A stretch of 64,000 nucleotides of DNA from Thermodesulfobacteriota bacterium (GTDB taxonomy: Bacteria; Desulfobacterota; Desulfarculia; JACQYL01): NCBI GenBank assembly GCA_963675595.2, contig CAXXLZ010000002.1, positions 96,001 to 160,000 of the forward strand, read 5' to 3'. Both the position numbers and the translations under genes were made by a program. The notes below the pieces were generated by a model. It made no database searches and had not been told where the DNA came from. It saw only the letters and a program-made list of their open reading frames with translations. Position 1 is the first letter of the stretch. Each line of letters opens with the position of its first letter. Below, piece after piece: positions 10,701 to 20,447 of the stretch.

Positions 10701-11130
10701 CGCACCGACGGGTGAGGACGATTATGCGGATACGGTCCGGGATATACTGACCTCCAACTCAGCCCTGATGGAGGCTTTGGAGGAAGACGCCGACAGTGTT
10801 TACAAGCTCTTTGCACTCGAGGGCGACGACGACGAATCCACTGATGACGATGGAATCGCCCGCAGAATCGATACCCTGTTGGACAACTACGTCGGTTCGG
10901 ATGGTATTCTGACCGTACAGACCGAGAGCGGAGGAAGCTTCGAAGACCGGGTGACGGCCATTGGTGGTCTGAATGATCGGATCGACAATGTGGAACGGCG
11001 CCTGGAACTTCTGGAAGAGCGGCTTTGGACGAAATTTAATGCCATGGAAGAAACCGTGGCTAAGTTGCAGAAACAGCAGGAAAGCGCCAGCGCGGCTTTG
11101 GAGAGTGCGGGAAGCGCCAGCCTGCTTTAG
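7720..11130 (+). CDS. fliD: Flagellar filament cap protein FliD, unusually long (1136 aa)
   Basis: MAIQLGGLATGMDT N-terminus; GQDAVFTVDG...RSTNTVDDVIGGVTL and LWTKFNAME C-terminus; followed by fliS. Confidence 0.92.
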   Translation: MAIQLGGLATGMDTQTIIETLMTQAKQPLLRLEDEKTAILLKKSIFESVEDDLTTFRRSLLTMRLESTYKSKLTSTSDSTALSADATVEAQAGTYSLEIDQVASPAIARSLYTRTSLATEPANSIGVESVSGRPTDNLEGTHEITITNQGTYYRARSEFEPSGGGSIRTLSGTTEMESSLNEGTIGTTIDSSNNILRVTLAGETVEVTLDSATADVTATARVAADIEDKLNEALNTAKDTQDVTYVAVRTSRDASTDSDQLMIYDLSGTTTAPVIETVANTAATALGFGASSPYGISGTASRIITDVTATSLENLAIEINEVNTGLIRGVTFSVEDDGLTTGNAYVHTNAGLNALGAVPSIVYGAEDVSSASGGLDTMVVGLENAGFDETPSSSTNGTFTINGAEITINNYQSLSVDAVLGLINGSAAGVTATYDEDNDRILLTSNEDTGSAITLGDTADTSDFLTIAKLTSVQGASSSVGSYGGGISTSSALDEAGLTLTPTSGTFTINGVTLFVESSSDTIQDLVDLINNSSAGVTASYDTITDKFSLRSKMGGVSTNADKIELGSVTDSSNILRALNLVDDLTPSYTSASVVNGVRADQDTISITRTGYSTPVEIYVPATLSTGAYQETAGTINWIDGIDAGSVFNVLAGDTGTSGATWTNSLSSAITDIDTFVSEWNDSGNWSTGYVEVGVIKEGDDQLRFFNRSDGDGASGASFTITAPNAYDLYELGLAAPGASSAAFTNTDSGVDAEYNALVHAFAINQGGSIAKARTDDSGHLILYSNTVGYYGGFTAADSASGDSVASYFGTSSVQVSADEDVESGTRGQDAVFTVDGVGYTRSTNTVDDVIGGVTLKLQAPSSGPVTLTIENDTEKAVDALVDFIVQYNETLQLLNPPILDDDQRKYLDPLTDDEKLDMTVNEYEEYMYHYTTYNSYQYIRKEGSLRLLYSDMRSYVSGVVDGLGSSLNSLSLLDITAGSIGGFEDAKDGYLLLAPTGEDDYADTVRDILTSNSALMEALEEDADSVYKLFALEGDDDESTDDDGIARRIDTLLDNYVGSDGILTVQTESGGSFEDRVTAIGGLNDRIDNVERRLELLEERLWTKFNAMEETVAKLQKQQESASAALESAGSASLL

Positions 11131-11182
11131 ACCGCGACCAGCGGGACACCGGGAGGAGATCGGAAAGGAGCGAGGTTTTCGT

Positions 11183-11653
11183 ATGCAAGCCAAACAGCAC
11201 TTGAACCAGTACCTCAAACAGAGCGTCGAAGGCGTAGGTCAGGGTGAACTGATCCTATTGCTTTACGAAGCGGGTATTACCTTCTTAAATATGGGGAAGG
11301 TGAAGATTCAGGAGCGAGACATCGAAGGGGCTCACAACGCCCTGGTAAGAGCAATCAACGTGGTTCGCGAGCTCATGGCGAGTCTGAATACGGAACGGGG
11401 AGGAGAAATCGCCAGGAATTTGCTCAGCCTTTACGCCTTCATTAATCGACGTATTGTGGAAGCCAACTCCAAAAAGGAGTGCGCCGGAATCGAAGAGGCT
11501 CTGTTCCTGATGGAACAGCTCAAAGAGACCTGGGCAAAGGCGATAAAGATCCATCAGGAAAACTCCGCTTCCAAACCGGCCGCCACCGCCGGGCCGAAGA
11601 ACCTGAAAGGCGAAGACAAGTCCCAATTCAAGGGGATCAGCATTCGAAGTTGA
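11183..11653 (+). CDS. fliS: Flagellin chaperone FliS
   Basis: LILLLYEAGI...LMASLNTERGGEIARNLLSLY; ATG 11183 with upstream RBS. Confidence 0.93.
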   Translation: MQAKQHLNQYLKQSVEGVGQGELILLLYEAGITFLNMGKVKIQERDIEGAHNALVRAINVVRELMASLNTERGGEIARNLLSLYAFINRRIVEANSKKECAGIEEALFLMEQLKETWAKAIKIHQENSASKPAATAGPKNLKGEDKSQFKGISIRS

Positions 11654-11686
11654 CGCGTGCTTTGAGAGCAGCAAGGAGTTCAGGAA

Positions 11687-11992
11687 ATGGGTATCAATGA
11701 AATAGGAAATATCATCTATTTGAAGGACTTCGTACAACACGATCCCGACGGCAAGAAAGCGGTCGAAAAGAGAACGCAAGGGTCGGATCGAACGAACGCC
11801 GGCAACCGCTCCAAGGTTGAGGAGCGTGCGGCGGCGGTGGAGGAACAGAACCGGCTGGCATCATCCCCTTCCATCGGAGATTTTGAGGAAGCGGTCAAAG
11901 TGATGGGCAAGTTGGAAAAGATGATGTTGGAGGGCGGAGACTCCCTGCTGGCCGTCCATTCGGCCAAACCGGTGGATCCTTCTTCAATCTGA
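11687..11992 (+). CDS. Hypothetical protein with flagellin C-terminus-like tail
   Basis: RBS AAGGAG; in fliD-fliS operon; tail EEQNRLASSPSIGDFEEAVKVM...LLAVHS. Confidence 0.65.
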   Translation: MGINEIGNIIYLKDFVQHDPDGKKAVEKRTQGSDRTNAGNRSKVEERAAAVEEQNRLASSPSIGDFEEAVKVMGKLEKMMLEGGDSLLAVHSAKPVDPSSI

Positions 11993-12004
11993 CGGGAGCA
12001 TTCT

Positions 12005-12217
12005 ATGGACCTCACTTCCCTGTTGACCGGCATGTCCAGCCAGATGAGCGCCGTCACGACCGCATTGCACATGAGCACCGCGGTGGCTTCGAAGGCGTTG
12101 GACTCCCAGGAAAGTACGGGGCAGGCTGTGCTCGACCTTATTGAATCGGCTACCGCCGACCCCATGTATAAGGCCAAGGCCAGTGGAAAAGGACTGCGCT
12201 TGGATGTGGTCGCTTAG
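12005..12217 (+). CDS. YjfB-like putative motility protein
   Basis: 70 aa, VASKALDSQESTGQAVLDLIESA...KGLRLDVVA pattern; RBS GGGAG. Confidence 0.7.
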   Translation: MDLTSLLTGMSSQMSAVTTALHMSTAVASKALDSQESTGQAVLDLIESATADPMYKAKASGKGLRLDVVA

Positions 12218-12251
12218 GCGGGCGTCTCCTCACAACGGCGTTGCCCCGCCT
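12216..12251. terminator. Imperfect hairpin between convergent genes
   Basis: AGGCGGG...CCCGCCT stem, no clear U-tract. Confidence 0.35.
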
Positions 12252-12263
12252 GCGATCATGCTG

Positions 12264-12707
12264 TCAAACTTCCTTTTTGAACAATCGGTAGGAACTTGAT
12301 GGAGAGGTCCGCCCTTTCCCATAGACTTTGCTCATTCGGCGCGAAGCACGAGTTTTCCCTAATTCCTCGGCGATTTCGTCCCTCAGTTGCCTTCCGCTCT
12401 CCAGACAGTCGTCTTCCAGGCTGGAAAGCTCCTCCAGCGTTCGTTTCCTAAGCTCCAAGAGTTCGGTGAGACGCGGCGGAATCCCCGTTTCCGAGCCCAC
12501 TGCGGCGAGATTGTTCTTAATCTCTTTCTCCATGCCGATTGCTTGATTCAACAAGTCCTGGCGCATGTTCAGGGCCCGCTGAATGTCTTCGATGTCTTTG
12601 CTCGCCATTGCCTCCCGCAACCGATGCGTTTCATCAAGAAGGCGTTTGAGCAATACGTTCTGTCCGTCAAGAAGTCCGGCGGTTTCCATAGTCACATCTC
12701 GGTTCAT
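12264..12707 (-). CDS. FlgN/FliT-like flagellar export chaperone
   Basis: All-helical 147 aa, C-terminal KVYG...LFKKEV pattern, flagellar context. Confidence 0.6.
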   Translation of the reverse strand: MNRDVTMETAGLLDGQNVLLKRLLDETHRLREAMASKDIEDIQRALNMRQDLLNQAIGMEKEIKNNLAAVGSETGIPPRLTELLELRKRTLEELSSLEDDCLESGRQLRDEIAEELGKTRASRRMSKVYGKGRTSPSSSYRLFKKEV

Positions 12708-13336
12708 GCGCCTGCTTCTCTTCTTTCACATCGTTGAATCATCCAATCCAGGATCGGCCCCCATTTCTTGAAATACGGAATGAGCTTACCTTGGATCAAG
12801 TCGCCCATGGCGGTCCAATTTTGTTCTTCCTGGTACCTGGACAGTTTCTCGATAATTGATTGGAGCGCCTGATAGCATTCGAGGACGGTGGTTCCCTCTA
12901 CTTCGTCTTTGGCGTAGTCAACCGGAATGAAAACCTCTACGTTTTCGATCAAGGAACGGAATCCCTGGATTCCCTCCGTCGCCAATGCCAAGAGTCTCGA
13001 CCCCTCGCCGGCGTCTCCGGCTCGATAGTATTCCGCGACGGAAACCAATCCGGAAGTAAGGCGGTTCAGGTAGTCGGCCCCTTCCATAAGACTTTCCAGG
13101 GCGAGCCGCCTGGGATCTCGGGATTTGATTTCGAGCCTTCCGATTCCACCTACCGGATCGGTACCCCGTTCACGCTCTTCATCGACGTTCACCGGGGTTC
13201 CGTCCACCACGATCTCGAAAATCGCCTCTCCCGGAGGCATATGGTATGAAGCCGTCAATTCCAGAAGTCTGCGAAGGTTCATGTCTGGTTGAATCCATCC
13301 GGAATCGACCTGTTTTCCGTTGATCCACAATTCCAT
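12704..13336 (-). CDS. Hypothetical protein in flagellar region
   Basis: RBS AGAGGAG, protein-like 210 aa ORF, ATGA overlap with downstream gene. Confidence 0.7.
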   Translation of the reverse strand: MELWINGKQVDSGWIQPDMNLRRLLELTASYHMPPGEAIFEIVVDGTPVNVDEERERGTDPVGGIGRLEIKSRDPRRLALESLMEGADYLNRLTSGLVSVAEYYRAGDAGEGSRLLALATEGIQGFRSLIENVEVFIPVDYAKDEVEGTTVLECYQALQSIIEKLSRYQEEQNWTAMGDLIQGKLIPYFKKWGPILDWMIQRCERREAGA

Positions 13337-13935
13337 GATCGGACTCCTCTTTCCGCCCGGCGGATCGGCCTATGGTCCTCCTCGGTTTTGTTCGTGCAAA
13401 ACCGGTAGGTCGATCATTATCTAACTAATCGACAACTATATTATCTTAGAGTGTGTTGGGATAAGTTTCAAGAAAAAATATTCCGGACGACTCTCCTTAG
13501 CATAAACCATAGGCAAAATGCCCCAAAAAAAAGGATTGTGACTGCTGAATGCTTTAGCCTTCATTGGCATTGAAGCTAAAACGGAAAAGGGTTTGCGGAG
13601 ACGAGCTCACGATACCTCTATTTACAAAGCCAAGAACAAAGATTCACCATCCAACTTGATTTCAACAAAATGATATCTCCTTAACCTGAGCATCCAAATG
13701 TCCCGAAGAACTCCGAGCTTTTTGAGAAGAAGTCGGGTTCCATGGGAGGTTGTATGCTCCGGCAATTCCACGGATGAACTCGTCGAGAGCAGTTGACAAT
13801 CTGCCTACTTGCATGTACGTTAATTTCGGTGAACATTGAATATCCAAGGAAGGTCCAGGGGTAAGAAGGGCCGGATGCCAATCAACGTGAGGGGAAAGCC
13901 CCCGGCGCCAGACTTATGCGAGAAAGCGACTCAGG

Positions 13936-14874
13936 ATGAAACCTTACCTCACCACTGGAGAAGCTGCGGAGCTACTGGGGATTTCCAGGTCCACGGTTTC
14001 CAGAAAGTTCGATCAGGGGAGCCTTGAGGGTAAGAAAAATCCCCTAACCGGGGAACGCCTCATCAGCCTCAAGAGCGTCCGCGAACTCATGGAACGCTAC
14101 GATCTTCCCACTAAGACCGACGTGGCGGGGAGAAAGACCATCTTGGTGGGAACCAAGGACAAACGTTTTCTCAAGTCCGTCGAAAAAGCGCTCCAGTCCA
14201 ACGGCGCCGTAACCATCGAACACGTGCCTTACGGCACCGACGCTTTGGTTCGCTGTCTGAGAGAGCAGATCGACCTGTTGATCATCGACGGAGAGCTTCC
14301 CGATCTTCCAGGCGCCGAAGTCATCAAATCACTTCGCCGTACCCAAGACGCGCCCACTCTTAAGGTCCTCTATCGCCCATCCGACCAAGAACACGGAACG
14401 CTTCAGGACCTCGGAGCGGATGAATTGCTCGTGAAGGAGGAACGTGACGAGGAATCATTGAAAGCCAAGGTCGGTACATTGTTGAACCTCGTCGAGCACG
14501 GGGTTGCGGCCGATGCCTTTACAGGGGCGGACAGACGATCCTCGCCCCGCCTAAGGGTCAATCTCCCCGCGATCATAGAGGTGTTCTGCAGAGAAGACGC
14601 GGCAGCCCGCGACTTGGGACGGGCCGTTGTCAAAGACATCAGTGCGGGCGGGGCGTGCCTCGAGCAGATGCAGGTAGACGGGGGTCGGATTCCCGCCGGG
14701 CCCTTTTTCATGAAACTTACGGTGGATGACAGGCAACTGAAAGATTGGTCCGCCGAAGCCAAGGTGGTTCGTCTCCAACCCGACGGTTCCCTGGTTGCGG
14801 GAGTCCGTTTTACGCACCTGTCCGATCCCAACCGAGAGAAGATTGAATCGCTGTTGAGCGACTTCCAAGCATAA
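13936..14874 (+). CDS. Excisionase-type HTH + receiver + PilZ regulator
   Basis: YLTTGEAAELLGIS (HTH_17), DLLIIDGELPD (REC), RRSSPR and DISAGG (PilZ RxxxR / DxSxxG). Confidence 0.85.
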   Translation: MKPYLTTGEAAELLGISRSTVSRKFDQGSLEGKKNPLTGERLISLKSVRELMERYDLPTKTDVAGRKTILVGTKDKRFLKSVEKALQSNGAVTIEHVPYGTDALVRCLREQIDLLIIDGELPDLPGAEVIKSLRRTQDAPTLKVLYRPSDQEHGTLQDLGADELLVKEERDEESLKAKVGTLLNLVEHGVAADAFTGADRRSSPRLRVNLPAIIEVFCREDAAARDLGRAVVKDISAGGACLEQMQVDGGRIPAGPFFMKLTVDDRQLKDWSAEAKVVRLQPDGSLVAGVRFTHLSDPNREKIESLLSDFQA

Positions 14875-14960
14875 GCCGCCGGCGAAGGTCCGTTCACGCC
14901 CTCCGCCCGGACCTCACTCCCCTATTCGGCAATTGCGGCTTGATCGTGTTTACTTCCGCC

Positions 14961-15548
14961 TCAACTCATCACGGCCGCATAGAACTCCCGGCCCGCCTGA
15001 TAGGATTCTTCCAGGTAACGAGGATGCTTATCCACGTCACCCTCCAAATCCAGGCCCCGATACAGAAGACTGCGCCATAGTTCCGCATCCAAAGCATCAA
15101 GAAAATAGCGCACCGTCAGGAGGATTCCGTTGAACAACTGATTCCCATGGGTGGCTCCGGCCGAAATGAACAAGCCTTTCTTGGTGGGAATCCCTTCTCC
15201 AAATTTCACGCCGTCAATCCAATACTTCCGCACCCAAAGCGACTGGCAGCGATCCATCATCACCTTGGTAATCGCAGAAACCGAATAGAAGAAAACGGGG
15301 GATGCCAACATAACGCCCCGGCAACGATCAAAGGAATCGTGGAGTCTCTGAAAATCATCCCGGATTGCGCAGCGCCCGGACTCCCTACACGCATAGATCT
15401 CAAGGCACGGGGAAATTTTCAGGTCTCGTAATACGAATTCCTCCACTTCTCCTCCGGCGTCACGGACACCCCGGACCGCCTCTTTCAGCAAGGTCGAGGT
15501 GTTTCCCTTCCTGCGGGGACTCCCATACAACGCAACGATATTCGACAT
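14961..15548 (-). CDS. Flavodoxin-family / iron-sulfur flavoprotein (NADPH-dependent FMN reductase fold)
   Basis: GSPRRKGNT, PCLEIYAC...CAIRDD, ASPVFF. Confidence 0.88.
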   Translation of the reverse strand: MSNIVALYGSPRRKGNTSTLLKEAVRGVRDAGGEVEEFVLRDLKISPCLEIYACRESGRCAIRDDFQRLHDSFDRCRGVMLASPVFFYSVSAITKVMMDRCQSLWVRKYWIDGVKFGEGIPTKKGLFISAGATHGNQLFNGILLTVRYFLDALDAELWRSLLYRGLDLEGDVDKHPRYLEESYQAGREFYAAVMS

Positions 15549-15787
15549 GTGCGGTTATTCTCCCTTCGGCGAGCCGAACCGGCACGCCGGACGTTAGACG
15601 ATGAAAGCCGGAAACGTGTCCCGACGGGGTCTCGGTTGCATTCCCATGTTCGAACGAGTATTTTCAAGTATTATGTGAAAGAAAACGACGTTGCGAACGG
15701 CGTGAAGTCCGTCGCATTCCACCCGGTCGTGAAAGCCCCGGCGCATCCGGCGTCGCTGCTTTGTCGCGAGCAGAAAGACACTTTCGA

Positions 15788-18700
15788 ATGGTCGGTCCGC
15801 CTCCCCCGCCGAACAACCAAGATCGCGTTGCCGCAGCAGTGGAGGCCTCGGGCCCCACACGCGAACAACTCGTCGCCGAACTCGCGGAATTGAAGCGCCA
15901 AGTCTCGGAACACCAAGTCATAGATCGCCGTCGCAGGGAAACCGAAGAAGCTTTGCGGGAGAGTCAGCGCAAGCTTTTCACCCTCATGGGCAACCTGCCC
16001 GGCATGGTCTACCGATGCAGGAACGACAAAGATTGGACCATGGAGTTCGTGAGCGATGGTTGTCTGAACCTCACGGGCTACCCTCCCGACCATATTCTTT
16101 GGAACCGCAAGAAATCATACAACCAACTCATCCACCTCGAGGATCAGGACTACGTCTGGAATTGCATTCAGACCGCACTGAAGCGAAACGCACCATTTCG
16201 CCTTACTTACAGGATTACCAACAGCGGCGGCAACGTGCGATGGGTACTGGAGCGAGGCATCGGCATCTTCGATAAAGCGGGCCGTCTGATCGCCTTGGAG
16301 GGGTTCGTCACCGACGTCACCGAGCGCAAACTTTCCGAAGAAGCCCTTCGGAAGAGCGAAGAGAAGTACCGCATCATTACCGAAAACGCCACGGACATCA
16401 TCTGGATCGTGGATCTCTACGGTCGTTTCCAGGTGGTAAGCCCTTCTCTGGAACGCGTTCTGGGGTACACTCTCGAGGAAGCGGCCTCACTCACCTTAAG
16501 GCAGATCCTCACCCGAGACTCCTACAAACGCGCCATGATGGAAATCGAGAAACGGCTCTCTCACAGCTTCCTCACTCCCGGCCTGGACCAGGATCCGGCC
16601 GTTTTGGAACTGGAATATTTGAAAAAGGACGGATCCAAGGTCTGGTGTGAAGTCACCACCAAATTTCTTTCCGATTCCACCGGCAGAACGATGGGCATCA
16701 CGGGAATCACAAGAGATATCAGTCTCAGGAAGCAGGTCGAAGAAAACCTGATCCGTGAAAAAAACTTCTCGGAGACGGTCATCAACAGTCTCCCCGGCAT
16801 TTTTTACATTTTCGACGCCGACGGCAACCTGGTGCGCTGGAATGACAACCTGGAAACCGTAACGGACTACTCGTTCGATGAGATCTCCGCCATGACGGCC
16901 TTCGATCTTTTTTCACATGAAAATAAGCCCAAGGCCACCGAGCTCCTGTGGGACGCCTTCAGCAAGAACAAATTCTCCCTTGAGATCGACCTGCTGACCA
17001 AAAACGGAAGGAAAATTCCTTACTTCCTGACGGGGATTCGCAACCATATCGACGATTACAAATATATCCTCGGGGTCGGTATCGATATCACCAAGCGAAA
17101 ACGAACGGAAATCGCTCTGCGGGAAAGCGAGGAACGATACCGAAGCGTCTTCGAGAATACGGGTACGGCCACCATCATGGTCGAGGCGGACATGACGATT
17201 TCAATGGTGAATTCGGAGTGGGAGAAGCTCAGCGGATACACGGGTTCCGAGATCGAGCACAAGATGAAATGGACTCAATTCGCGGCTCCGGAAGACATAG
17301 ACCGCTTGAAGGACTATCACACCCGACGTCGGACCGGAGACGTGGGGGTGCCCATGGAGTTCGAGTTCCGATTCGTGAATCGAGCGGGAAACGTGAGGGA
17401 TGTGCTGAACAAAGTATTCATGGTTCCCGGAACAGAGAAGAGCATCTCGTCCATGCTGGACATCACTGAGCGAAAGCGGGTGGAAGAAAATTTCAGGCGG
17501 ACTTCGGAGCAGCTTTCCGTTCTCCTGGAATCCCTGCCCATTGTTCCATATACGTGCAGGGCCGACGGAGATTTCGCAACCACCTATGTGGGAAACACGG
17601 TCGTGGAAATGACGGGCTACACACCGGAACAGTTTCTTGAACGCCCCACTTTCTGGGCCGCTCACATCCATCCCGACGACCGCAAGAAGGTCTTCGCCGA
17701 GCTCCCCGAACTGACCAAGCACGGTAAATGGCAATACGAATACCGGTTTCGAACGGAGGACGGCCGGTACAAATGGTTCCGAGACATCCGACGAATGGTG
17801 GGGCTTCCCGATGGATCGATCAGCCACATTGTGGGTACTTGGCAGGATATCACCGAAGAGAAGAAATTGCGGCAGGAAGCCGAGTACCGCCTCCAGCAGG
17901 TAATTCAGGCGGATAAGCTCGCCTCCCTGGGGGAGGTGGTGGCCGGCGTGGCTCATGAAATCAACAATCCCAACAATTTCATTACTTCCAACATTCCTTT
18001 GATGGAGGAGACATGGGTGATGCTGGAGCCCATTCTGTGCCGGTACGCAACGGCGAATCCGGACTGGACTCGTGGTGGATTCGGGATGGCGGAGCTCTGC
18101 CAGGACATGCACGAAATGATCGAGGCCGTGAAGGCCGGATCCGACCGAATCAACCGGGTGGTGAACAATCTTAAGGACTTCGCCCGCGTGGATGAGGCGG
18201 GCCACCCGGAACCGGTGGATGTGAACGAAGTCATTGAAAAGACCTTCAACATTGTCGGAGCCCAGGTGCGCAAACTGGTCGGACGTATTGAGATCGACCT
18301 GAGTCCGAGTTTGCCTGAAATATCGGGGCATTTTCAAAAGCTCGAGCAGGTGGCGGCCAACCTTCTGGTCAACGGAGCCCAAGCGATCCCGGAGAAGTCC
18401 AAAGGGCTGCTCCGCATCACCACAAAATACCTTCCTCATCTCAACTCTGTGCTCCTGTCGGTGGAAGACAACGGCATCGGAATGGAACCCTCGGTCAGGG
18501 AACAGATATTCGAGCCTTTTTTCACCACCAAACGCACGACCGGCGGGACCGGTTTAGGCCTCTCGGTTTCCTACGGCTTGGTGCGGGAACACAGGGGGAT
18601 CATCGGGGTCTTGTCCAAGCCCGGAATCGGCACTCGATTCGCCGTGCTTTTGCCCGTGAACCAGGTAGAACCCTTGGACGTACGCCCTGTGATACTGTGC

Positions 18701-19054
18701 GTGGACGACGACGCCCGGTTCCTTGCCGAATTGAGATCCTACATGACGGGAGACAATCCCATTGCCGTCGAAACCCTTTCACGCCCCGACCTTGTCGTCG
18801 ATTATCTGCACGAGCATCCCGAAACGGATGTGGTGGTTTCCGAGATTATGACCGTCGGCGTATCCGGATGGAGTCTGTTGGAGCGCGTTAAACGTGAGTT
18901 CCCTCTGGTCTCCGTAATGCTTTACTCGGGAAACCCAATCTGTTTGAACAAACAGCCGGGAATCGCCGCGGATCCCGACCTGATTCTGCAGAAACCGTTT
19001 AAAATGAGAGAATTCATAGACGCTCTAACCACCCTGGATCGGCAGATATTATGA
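15788..19054 (+). CDS. Soluble hybrid sensor histidine kinase (about five PAS domains, HisKA, HATPase, receiver)
   Basis: Repeated DITERK-type PAS ends, VAHEINNP H-box, DNGIG, FFTTK, GTGLGL; start uncertain (15761 or 15788). Confidence 0.9.
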   Translation: MVGPPPPPNNQDRVAAAVEASGPTREQLVAELAELKRQVSEHQVIDRRRRETEEALRESQRKLFTLMGNLPGMVYRCRNDKDWTMEFVSDGCLNLTGYPPDHILWNRKKSYNQLIHLEDQDYVWNCIQTALKRNAPFRLTYRITNSGGNVRWVLERGIGIFDKAGRLIALEGFVTDVTERKLSEEALRKSEEKYRIITENATDIIWIVDLYGRFQVVSPSLERVLGYTLEEAASLTLRQILTRDSYKRAMMEIEKRLSHSFLTPGLDQDPAVLELEYLKKDGSKVWCEVTTKFLSDSTGRTMGITGITRDISLRKQVEENLIREKNFSETVINSLPGIFYIFDADGNLVRWNDNLETVTDYSFDEISAMTAFDLFSHENKPKATELLWDAFSKNKFSLEIDLLTKNGRKIPYFLTGIRNHIDDYKYILGVGIDITKRKRTEIALRESEERYRSVFENTGTATIMVEADMTISMVNSEWEKLSGYTGSEIEHKMKWTQFAAPEDIDRLKDYHTRRRTGDVGVPMEFEFRFVNRAGNVRDVLNKVFMVPGTEKSISSMLDITERKRVEENFRRTSEQLSVLLESLPIVPYTCRADGDFATTYVGNTVVEMTGYTPEQFLERPTFWAAHIHPDDRKKVFAELPELTKHGKWQYEYRFRTEDGRYKWFRDIRRMVGLPDGSISHIVGTWQDITEEKKLRQEAEYRLQQVIQADKLASLGEVVAGVAHEINNPNNFITSNIPLMEETWVMLEPILCRYATANPDWTRGGFGMAELCQDMHEMIEAVKAGSDRINRVVNNLKDFARVDEAGHPEPVDVNEVIEKTFNIVGAQVRKLVGRIEIDLSPSLPEISGHFQKLEQVAANLLVNGAQAIPEKSKGLLRITTKYLPHLNSVLLSVEDNGIGMEPSVREQIFEPFFTTKRTTGGTGLGLSVSYGLVREHRGIIGVLSKPGIGTRFAVLLPVNQVEPLDVRPVILCVDDDARFLAELRSYMTGDNPIAVETLSRPDLVVDYLHEHPETDVVVSEIMTVGVSGWSLLERVKREFPLVSVMLYSGNPICLNKQPGIAADPDLILQKPFKMREFIDALTTLDRQIL

Positions 19055-20421
19055 GCATACTCGTTGTCGACGACGAACAAGTGGCCCTCACATCCTACCG
19101 AAGACTCCTGAAGCGGCGGGGCTTTAAAGACGTGGATATCTGCGCCGACGGTAACGAAGCCATTGGGCTGATCAGAAACAACGACTACGACGTCGTTCTC
19201 TTGGACATTCTTATGCCGGGAGTGGATGGTCTCCAGGTTCTTGAAGCGACCAAACCCCACAAGCCGCGTACGGAATTCATAATTCTGACCGCGGTGGACG
19301 ACATCGCCACGGCGGTTAAGACGGTTCGACTGGGTGCTTACGATTATCTGGCCAAACCTCTGGATAACGAAAGACTGCTCCTATCCATCGAAAGAGCCTT
19401 CGAACGAAAAGGACTACGAGCGGCGCATACGGAAGCTTTTTCCAGGACCGCTCCCTCCAATGCTCTGGGACCCTTCCATGATATCGTCACCCAGTGTTCC
19501 AGGATCAAGGAACTGCTTTCCTTCGCCCAGGTGATGGCGAGAAGCGGCAATCCCATTCTCATCACGGGGGAATCGGGTACGGGCAAAGAACTTCTAGCGC
19601 GCGGAATCCACCGAGCCGGACCTTCTCCCGAAGGCCCCTTCGTCGCGGTGAACCTCTCGTCCATTCCGGACTCTCTCTTCGAAAGCCAGATTTTCGGTCA
19701 TGCCAAAGGAGCGTTTACGGGGGCGGACAGAGCCCACCCCGGCTTCTTCGAGCAGGCCGACGGAGGAACCCTGTTTCTGGACGAAATCGGTGAACTCCCC
19801 ATGAACCTTCAGGTCAAACTACTCCGAGTGCTCGAAGAAAAGACCGTCATAAGGCTTGGTGAAACCACCCCGATTTCCACGGACGTCCGCATCGTGTCCG
19901 CAACCAACCGGAACCTGGAAGAGGCCTGCCGCGTCGGCCGTTTCCGGCTGGACCTGATGTACAGACTGAATTCGGCACACATCTATCTTCCGCCTCTTCG
20001 AGAACGCCTCCCCGATATTCCGCTCCTTGCCGATCATTTCCTGGAGAAGTCCTGCGAACGTTTCGGCAAGGTTGTCACCGGGTTCACCCCCGAGGCTATG
20101 GATATCCTTCGAGGCAAGTCTTTTGAGGGAAACATTCGCGAACTCGGCCAACTCGTGGAAAAGGCGGTGCTCATGAGCCAGACAGGCAAGATCACTCCCG
20201 AGGATTTAGGTGAAAAATGCCCCCCGACCCATGACTTCCAACGACGGCTCTCCACCCTCAAAGAAAACACGGAGTCACACATCCTTTTCGTGCTGCGCAA
20301 CACGGGAGGGAATCGCAAAGAAACCGCCCGGATCCTGGATATCTCCTTGAGGCAGCTTCAGCGCAAACTGGCTGAAATGAGAGAAAAGGCCCCATGGAGC
20401 GAACTCATGGGCGACATTTAG
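19051..20421 (+). CDS. sigma54-dependent response regulator (NtrC family), cognate of upstream kinase
   Basis: [20 protein letters not shown]; ATGA overlap with kinase. Confidence 0.92.
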   Translation: MSILVVDDEQVALTSYRRLLKRRGFKDVDICADGNEAIGLIRNNDYDVVLLDILMPGVDGLQVLEATKPHKPRTEFIILTAVDDIATAVKTVRLGAYDYLAKPLDNERLLLSIERAFERKGLRAAHTEAFSRTAPSNALGPFHDIVTQCSRIKELLSFAQVMARSGNPILITGESGTGKELLARGIHRAGPSPEGPFVAVNLSSIPDSLFESQIFGHAKGAFTGADRAHPGFFEQADGGTLFLDEIGELPMNLQVKLLRVLEEKTVIRLGETTPISTDVRIVSATNRNLEEACRVGRFRLDLMYRLNSAHIYLPPLRERLPDIPLLADHFLEKSCERFGKVVTGFTPEAMDILRGKSFEGNIRELGQLVEKAVLMSQTGKITPEDLGEKCPPTHDFQRRLSTLKENTESHILFVLRNTGGNRKETARILDISLRQLQRKLAEMREKAPWSELMGDI

Positions 20422-20447
20422 GTCGCCGCCGCATGTCAAAAATGACA
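20410..20447. promoter_or_regulatory. Two palindromes, candidate enhancer (UAS) sites
   Basis: GGCGAC-N6-GTCGCC (20410-20427) and TGTCA-N4-TGACA (20434-20447), about 270-300 bp upstream of a sigma54 promoter. Confidence 0.45.

Noticed and set aside
13337-13935. c-di-GMP riboswitch or gene remnant in the AT-rich spacer
   Set aside because: GGCAAA is present but the rest of the GEMM motif is not; short ORFs lack convincing motifs
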